This document shows, one piece after another, positions 25,232 to 32,527 of a stretch of DNA of 32,527 nt. This DNA comes from Atractiella rhizophila (Eukaryota), in contig MU271636.1 of the NCBI GenBank assembly GCA_021432655.1, positions 4,316 through 36,842 on the forward strand, read 5' to 3'. Positions within the stretch are counted from its first letter, which is position 1; every line of letters begins with the position of its first letter. Made by a program: the position numbers and the translations under genes. Below the pieces are notes generated by a model. The model was not told the origin of the DNA. It searched no databases and worked only from the letters and a program-made list of their open reading frames with translations.

Positions 25232-27275
25232 TCAATGTTCTAGAGGAACAGAAAACTCCCATCGGTCTTCTTGGAATCCTCCGGCGGTATCAGAGAGCAT
25301 GGTCTCATTCCTCTTCTCGACGTAGACCTGTGCAGCGCAACAAAACCTCGTAAGCGAGGAATATGGGTAGATGACGGGTCAGAGACACATACGGTTTTGT
25401 CAGTCGTCTCCTGCCTCAGTTGAGGGATGTTTTCAGCCTCGATAGGCTTCTCCAACAACTCTGACAGCTGCTCAACTGCATGTTCCAAATCACTACCCAC
25501 CGACATCGACATCAACATCATTATCCCACACATTCAAGCAAACTGCCAGCGCACCTCTGGTTAGCCTCAAACAGTTCCGTCTGCGTCGTCCTCTTGAGAT
25601 AGAAAGCCATAGCATATGTCCACTTCAACGTAGCTCTGCACTTTCCAAGGGTATCCACGGCACGTTTCATAAATTGAACCTCGATCCAACTCAATTTCGA
25701 AGACTGTTGGATTTCTTCCATCTTCTTCTCGATCCGGGCATAGACGTCCTTCTCCAATTTGGCCGATTGCTCGTGGTTTGAATACCGATTGTAATACTGC
25801 CATCCACATCCAGAATCAGAATCAGAACGGTCGATGGACAGGTCAAAAGAGGGAGGAGAGAGCATACATGTAGATACCGCTCGAGCGCAACTCGAGATTT
25901 TGAGATCGCGTCCTTCGCCTCTCCTTTGTCTTCGAACCGATTGCAATTGTACCAACTGGTGCCGTGCTCGCTCCACGGTCCCATGCAAACCCAGCAGAAC
26001 TCCCACTTGCATTTCTTGCAAGTCATATGCTAAAGCATCCCAATCAGCATTGGCCTGCCGGATGGAGCAGAGGAGCATACGTTGCATCCGCCATTCTTCT
26101 CGATGGTCGAGTGGCACTTTGTACACTCCTTCGTATTCGCACTAATCCAATTCGCCGTTTCCGAGTCATCTTCGCACTTTTTCAACCAAAGGTTGACGAT
26201 CGCACAAATGCAGGGTTGGTGGTCATCTCGTCCACAACCGAAGCAGAACGTTTTGCCACATTTACATTGGACGGTCGGGACGATGGATGTGAGTGATCGA
26301 AGGGGGATGGTGCACCGTATGGCATGATCGCATCCCGGAGCGGGACACCAGCGCAATGTGGGATCATCGTCCACGTAGGTACGGTTGAGGAGGTGTCGAT
26401 ATTTGTTGAGGACGGGAGGGGAGACGAGGAGCGCGATCGTCTTTTCGTCGACGATCAGAGAGCATTCGGATCCCATGCATTGGATCCGACGCGATTCTCC
26501 TTCCTCCGCTATCTTTTGTTCGAGGTAGTGCGAGTAACAGTCTTTGCAATCTGTTCCATCCAGCAAGCGAGACCAAACAAACCGATCCCCACACGATGAA
26601 GGAGGCGAGGCATTAGTCAGCTCTCTGAACTGGGGGGAGAAGGTGGGACGGACATCGATGGTTGCAGCTGAGGGCAATGCTCTCCTTCGTCGTATCATCA
26701 TAGCACACGTCGCACACAAACCCCTGCTTGACGCTCAGCTTGGGCTGCCGTTTAGAATCGGTGTGGATGCCAGCTTCCAGGAGTGTCTTGTCGCTATCTG
26801 TGAGGTAGCGCTCGATCACTTTCTCTTTGTTCCATCCATAATGCCTCAAAAGGATAGCGGCTTCTGTTGGCTGATCACAGCACCCCCCAATATCACCACC
26901 AAGAACATTCAGCACCTCCTTGTGATATTAACCGAACAAGGAACGGAGACGGACGCACCTTGATGCCAGCTATCCCGGAGACATGAGCAATTTCGCCTTC
27001 CTGCGCCGCGACGATTTGGTCCTTCTCGAGCACGGAGAAGTCGATCTGGTACGACTTCTGCTTCCCCTTGTCTAGGGTCGAGATGGCTTCGAAAGCAGAG
27101 TCACCGTCGTCGGTGTCCTCTTCGAACCCTTTGCCACACAGAGCACCCGTCACTCCTACGCATTCCTTGGGCGAGGGGAAAACACACCACGCATGGAATC
27201 ATCGTAGTCGCCCTCATCCCCTTCTGTGATCTCGGAGTCATCCATAGCATCATCGAAGAACCCATCTTCCGACAT
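25232..27275 (-). CDS. ARI1: Ariadne-family RBR E3 ubiquitin ligase (ARIH1/Hel1/Dbl4-like), 8 predicted exons
   Basis: Acidic N-terminus, ILLRHYGWNKEKVIERY, RING1 CDVC...LSCNHR|YCKDC, IBR LRWCPAPGC...CKCGKTFCFGC...HQPCIC, RING2 TKECTKCHSTIEKNGGCN|HMTCKKCKWEFCWVC, Ariadne domain ALERYLHYYNRY...TLKWTYAMAFYL. TGA at 25232. Confidence 0.95.
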
Positions 27276-28061
27276 GGCTCTCAGTTTCGTAAGTCTTTTT
27301 TATGGGCACGGTAGACGATAAAGCGTGTCGCTGCAAGAGGTAGGGGAATAGAGGTCGCGTTGAGAATCGAGCAGTCGTTGTTGGGATATTGCAGCAACCT
27401 GGGAAGTGGAGTGGCCGGTTCCGACTCTGAATCACCACATCCAAATCAAACATGGCCAACCACGACAACATTCTCGAAAGCGCCATGGCTTGATGGAGTT
27501 CAGCTGCAAAGGTATTGAGACTTTAGATTTTGGAGGATGAGTGTGACGGGTAACATTGAGCATTGAGCGAAGCAGAGTCCTCATGAAAGAGAATAGGTCA
27601 TGCATGCTCATGTTCAGAGTGGACACCTTAATGATGGGAGTTGATATTTCCCTGATCAGCAAACAAGAAGCGACAGGAGAAGGAAATCCAAGATATCCAA
27701 GGACGAAGCCAGATGAAGGTCTTCCATGGATTTTGCCACCAGCTGCGTTTTCCGCCGCGCATATACGCATCGCAGCCTCGAAACCGAACTCTTGTCCCTT
27801 GCCTTTGCCGACCGTCATGCCGTCCTTTCCAAGTTTATGATTCTTAGCCGCTCGCTCTCAGGAAAGGAGCATGCTCGCCCGATCGCAATCTGTATCGCCA
27901 GAGCAGAGCGTCATTGAGCCATTCGGCCACATCTTTGCAGCGCAGTATCTTATGACCACTACTACGGAAGTCCCCGGCGGAAGGGAGGTCCCTTTCAGCA
28001 GAGGGATAAAAGGGAGCCGTTCAGCACAATGGGATTATTGATCTCACGCTTAACGATTTGA

Positions 28062-29675
28062 ATGAACTCACCCTCTGTCCTCTCCTCCTCCACTTCCGCC
28101 ACCTCCACCCCATCCGGGTGTCAGAGACCCCCTGCACTGGTTCTACAGTCACCGAATCCCACAAGACTCTAGCCATCATTGGTGCTGGTCCTTCTGGACT
28201 TTCCGCTCTTTCATATTTTCTTTCACAAGGAGTAAACGTAACGTGTTACGACTCGCGCTCTGGTGTTGGAGGAGTTTGGTGCGTTGATTACATCCATCTT
28301 CCTCCATCTATCATTGAACGCTAATGCGTGTTGCGCGATGGATAGGAATACATCCGCAGACCCCGGTCTCTCCACCCTCAAATCACCCATCTACCACTCT
28401 TTGAGAACACAGACGCCAGCCGAAACGATTGGATTCTCAGGAGTCCACTTCCCAGAGGGAACGGAGCAGTTTCCGTCCGTTTCTACCCTCTAACTTGAGT
28501 AACATTCTCACTGATGATAAATGGTTAGACACAACACAGTAGTACTACAATACCTCCAATCCTTTGCCGTCTCTCAGGACCTCTACCCACACATACTCCT
28601 TCGCCATCCCGTCATTTCTCTCTCATTCTCCACTTCATCCTTAAAATGGAAACTCGTCTCTTCTCCATTCGATGCCGATGGTCGCCAACTTGAAACGAAG
28701 GAGGCCGAATACGATCACGTCCTTGTTGCCACTGGTCATTATTCCGTCCCCTATGTCCCTAGCATTCCTGGTCTCGAGAGCTTCAAGGGCAGAGTAATAC
28801 CCGCAAAAGAGTGGAGAGGCGCCACTGAGGAAGGGGTAATCGGAGAGAAGGTATTGGTAGTCGGAGGAGGAGCGTCGGGTGAGATCTTCCCCTTTTTCTT
28901 CCCTTGTATTTGCGCTAACGAGTTCGTTGGCGAAACAGGAAATGATATCGTTCGGCAGATCCTCAAGGAGTACAAGGAGCATCACAGCGAGGAACAGAAG
29001 GAAGTCTTCCAATCCCTTCGCTCATGTTCCATCTCCGAAAAGATAGGCAACCTCACCCTCATCCCTCGAATCAGCCATATCTCTTCCACCGGCATCCACT
29101 TCTCCGCGTCATCATCCTCAGATGGAGCACTGGAAGGGATCACACTCATCATCTTCGCCACCGGGTACGAATACTCCTTCCCGTTCTTAAATGCGGACCA
29201 AGAGCCGTTCAAGAGTTCCCCCCTACTCGTTCACGGAGAAGGGGAGAAGAATCGTCTGGCCAATCTGGATGAGATGGGATTGGTCTACCTCCCACAACCG
29301 ACTCTGGGTTTTCTGTCCCTTCAGAACAACGTTATATGTGAGTCCACTTCTTATTTCGAACAAGTTCAACATGTTGACTGTCCTCGACCTGCTATAGCAT
29401 TCCTCCTTGCCCCGCTCCAAGCAAAGGCACTTCATGCGCTTTGGTACTCCTCTCCAGAACACCCTATCCACCTCTCCCCTCTTCCTATTTCGCATGAAGC
29501 ACATAAATCAATGTATTATGACGATGTTTCGGAGCCCGTCTACTATCGAGATATAGTTAAAACCTACTTGAGCGGGAGGGAGAGGGAGGAGACACTGGCA
29601 ATGATTGAACGTGAGAAGTGGAGGTGGGATATCAGACGTGCTGTTGCACAGGGATGGATTACCAGGCGCGATTGA
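28062..29675 (+). CDS. Flavin-containing monooxygenase (class B), divergent; possible 5' frameshift or early pseudogene
   Basis: FAD motif LAIIGAGPSG, GVGGVW, SPIYHSLRTQTP, VLVATGHYSVPYVP, NADPH motif VLVVGGGASG|NDI, IIFATGYEYSFPFL. Four GT-AG introns. ATG 28062 is out of frame with the FAD motif by one base. Confidence 0.82.
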
Positions 29676-30003
29676 TTCGTCGTAATGACTGCGACTGAGA
29701 TGGACAGCTTTGCATAATGGACTTGACCACATTTCAGTATTCATTTATCACCAACGGACACAACTGCATTTTCTAGAACTCATCACGGCATTCGCATGTT
29801 TGTACTTCTTTCAACCCACTTGTTTGACTATTTTGTTCGATGTGTATCATAGGATATCAAGTGTAGTCGCATTAGGAGGATGTTGTAGTTAACAAGAATC
29901 AATACTTGACAAAAGAAATTGTTTCACAATCAGCCGTACATAACTTCTGAGTCTTACAAAACTCATCAAAGCCAGAAAGTCGACCAAGCTTACACAGAAA
30001 GGA

Positions 30004-32460
30004 TCAAACCATCATCATAGCTTCAGGCTGGAAGCCCTGCGCTATCACAGGAGAGCGACCAGTATCAAGTCTGCGCCGAATGTCAATCAATCAACGACTG
30101 AAGAGATGGATGAAAAGAAAGACATACTCCCACTCCTTCTTCAGACGATTGTAGATGGCTCTAAAGGTGGAATGCGCTCCTTTTTCCATCACCATGTTAA
30201 GGCAGGTGATGTGCTTCGGTTCATTCAGCTTAGGCGACGGGTGTCCACTCAGAGTCGGACTGACAGTGTTATGAGAGGTGAAGTCGACACGAAACTTGAC
30301 AGGTTTAAGGACCGAGCTGTTCGAGTTCGAATCTTTTCCACATACCAGACGTTTAGAAGGAAAGGAAGAATGAAGCAGCAAGGGAAGACGAACCAACTAT
30401 CTCCTCGACTCTGCATTTTAAGACAGCATTTCCTTCGCTATTTTCGACAATGACGACAACGCCAAAGGAAGTAAGGATCTTCTTGCACTCGCTCCTCGTC
30501 GCAGAGATGTTGTCAGTCGAAAGGAGCGTGTAGCTCTGTTATTATTCCCGCCCATTATCATTAGTACATGCTCTGAGTAAGATAGATAGAAAGTACCAGT
30601 TGCTTCCAGTTAAAGAGGTTAGCGAACCAGCTTTGTCTTGGGCTCATGGGATCGCTAAGAATAGGGGAGTTAGTTGTGTCGGGAACTGCTGCGACAAACC
30701 GTCAGACTCAGGTTCTTTCGAGCGAAACGAAATGTTGTGACGCACCCTTCCTCTTCTTCAACAGACCTCCAGACTTTTCGCTACCGTCAAACCGAGGCAC
30801 CTCCACGGATTGAATAGCCAATCCCAATGTCGTCCGCTTCTCGTTCTTCGTGGGTGACAGAATGCCTTTTGGCCCTTCCTGCTGTATGCTCGACCTTTTA
30901 CCAGCAGCGAACTGATTCTCTTTATTGTCGATCGAGTACCTAACGTGCTGCTGCTGGCCAACAGCAACGGGCTGAGGTTTAGTGGGAGAGAACCAGGGTT
31001 CTGCATCGCCACGGAAGTGGTGGGAGCTTGTCCAGATACGCCTCGACCTCCTCGAGTGCCAATGACAGATGAACCAGAAGACTGACGACTCGGATTTGAG
31101 CTCGTCGTTCGCGTAGACGTGCGATGAAGGGCGGTTGGGCGAGCTGAGAGAGGAGGACGCTCCGGAAGCTTGACTTTTGCTGCGTTCAGAGCCTCAACGT
31201 CCACCATGCTGTAGTCTCCCTCCGCATCCTCAAATCTGTTATCAACTGCTTTCTCGCCAGCTCCACTCCCAACAGCTGGAGAATGATTACCACCAACACA
31301 GGCACTCCCTTCACCAAGCATAGGGGAGTCCATTGAAGAGGGCGTGGTGCTACCGCCGAAGAGAGACGGAGAAGCAGACCCCACGGAAGCTGTCTTAACA
31401 GACATAGTCTGGAGTTGGTCGACAATATCGTGAAAAAACCTCTGCATGGCCGCGTCTTCCACGTGCGGAATATGAATGGGTATAACTGGAGCGGGAGTAG
31501 TAGAAGGATCCACTTCAACGAAAGTAGGCTCTCTCTCCTTGTGGACGTATGATCCTTTCTGCGGCGTCGCCTCCTGAAGCTGGATCACCGGTACTCCCGT
31601 CTTGATTGGCGAACCAGGAGGGCTGGGGAGAGCGCGTCCAAGCTTGTGTGGGGAGTTAGGTCGACTGATAGTAATGGGCTTGATCACTGCCGTGGTGGCT
31701 GTCTGAGAAGGAGGGGGAGGGGACATCGGACGTTCTGGCATCTCCGGAATGGTCGAGATGCGTGTACGTTTCGATTGCCCGCCGTCACGATTTTGGGTGG
31801 ATGAGCGGGACGTAGTCGAAGTGGTGCCCGTCTCCATTTCTAGACGCCATGTGTTGAGAAACAGCGGGAAGAGAACAAGTGATGACGAACCCAGAGCGCG
31901 AGGCCCGATATCTTCCTCTTCGTTGAAATTTTCCAAGTTTCTCGCTCGATACTTCGTCAACAAGAAATAAAAGACCTTTTCCCAATTTTTCCTATCCGAT
32001 GGAGATTGTTAGCGGCAACTTTTACCTGAAATGAAAGAAAGACAAACTCCTTTGAGATCAACGCATCTACAATAACCCTCTCTGGAGGATTGTACCACAA
32101 AACCCTGAGATTGGCGAGAATATCGACGTCGATGTCTTCAATTCTATCGATGGGCCTTTCAATCTCTTGCGGAGTCGGCGGCTCCAAGTACTTGGGGCCA
32201 ACTCGAGGAGGTCGTCTCGTGAACCAAGGATGAGCACGAATGCCTTCCATCTGTCTCAATAACGGACCGTTACGATGGGAGAACTGAGGGGAAGCGAAAT
32301 GGAGTGAAACGCACGGTAATCCGTTTCTTGGGGTCAACCTCCAACATCCTTCTGATCAAGTCCTGTACCATTTCTGGAAGTTCACGGGGCATGATAAATT
32401 TCCCAACCTTGACCTTAGATAAGAGGGTTCTGATATTCTCATCGTCGAATGGAAGTCGGC
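30004..32460 (-). CDS. Nim1-family Ser/Thr kinase (Gin4/Kcc4/Hsl1/Cdr2-like), 3' part; N-terminus lies beyond the window; apparent frame change at ~30990
   Basis: Kinase C-lobe GRLPFDDENIRTLLSKVKVGKF...LIRRMLEVDPKKRIT|MEGIRAHPWF, UBA-like IDVDILANLRVLW...KNWEKVFYFLL, long disordered linker, C-terminal SWFANLFNWK...VKFRVDF...EKGAHSTFRAIYNRL (KA1-like). TGA at 30004. Confidence 0.88.
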
Positions 32461-32527
32461 CTACGCACCAGTGCAAGAAGTTTATTAACGAGGTGAACGA
32501 ACATTGAAGGTAGCAAGAGAGAGAACG

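Noticed and set aside
27250..27917. ORFs in the Ariadne-FMO divergent intergenic region
   Set aside because: Mutually overlapping with no motifs; likely chance

Overview
Gene-dense fungal genomic DNA. It is inferred to be basidiomycete (possibly Pucciniomycotina) from many 45-110 nt introns with GTGCGT/GTTCGT/GTAAG donors and CTRAY branch sites. Left to right: (1) a defective minus-strand Helitron with a Rep/Pif1 helicase gene, two introns, a premature stop and an apparent in-frame loss of the HUH core, spanning a 941-N gap; (2) a short-chain dehydrogenase with a predicted 3-nt microexon; (3) a Fus3/Kss1-type TEY MAP kinase; (4) a small membrane protein; (5) a ~2.2 kb diverged tandem duplication holding a decayed gene and the 5' end of a Gly-rich, probably GPI-anchored protein gene; (6) a disordered S/P/R-rich protein with a GC-AG intron behind a cluster of ACGCGT (MCB-like) boxes; (7) a DDHD phospholipase A1; (8) a geranylgeranyltransferase-I beta subunit; (9) an Ariadne RBR E3 ligase; (10) an atypical flavin monooxygenase; (11) the 3' part of a Gin4/Hsl1/Cdr2-family kinase. 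Three host genes (DDHD, FMO, kinase) each need a -1 frame change that no convincing intron explains. All exon structures were deduced by hand and no database searches were run. I found no clearly new biological system; the best leads are listed as findings.
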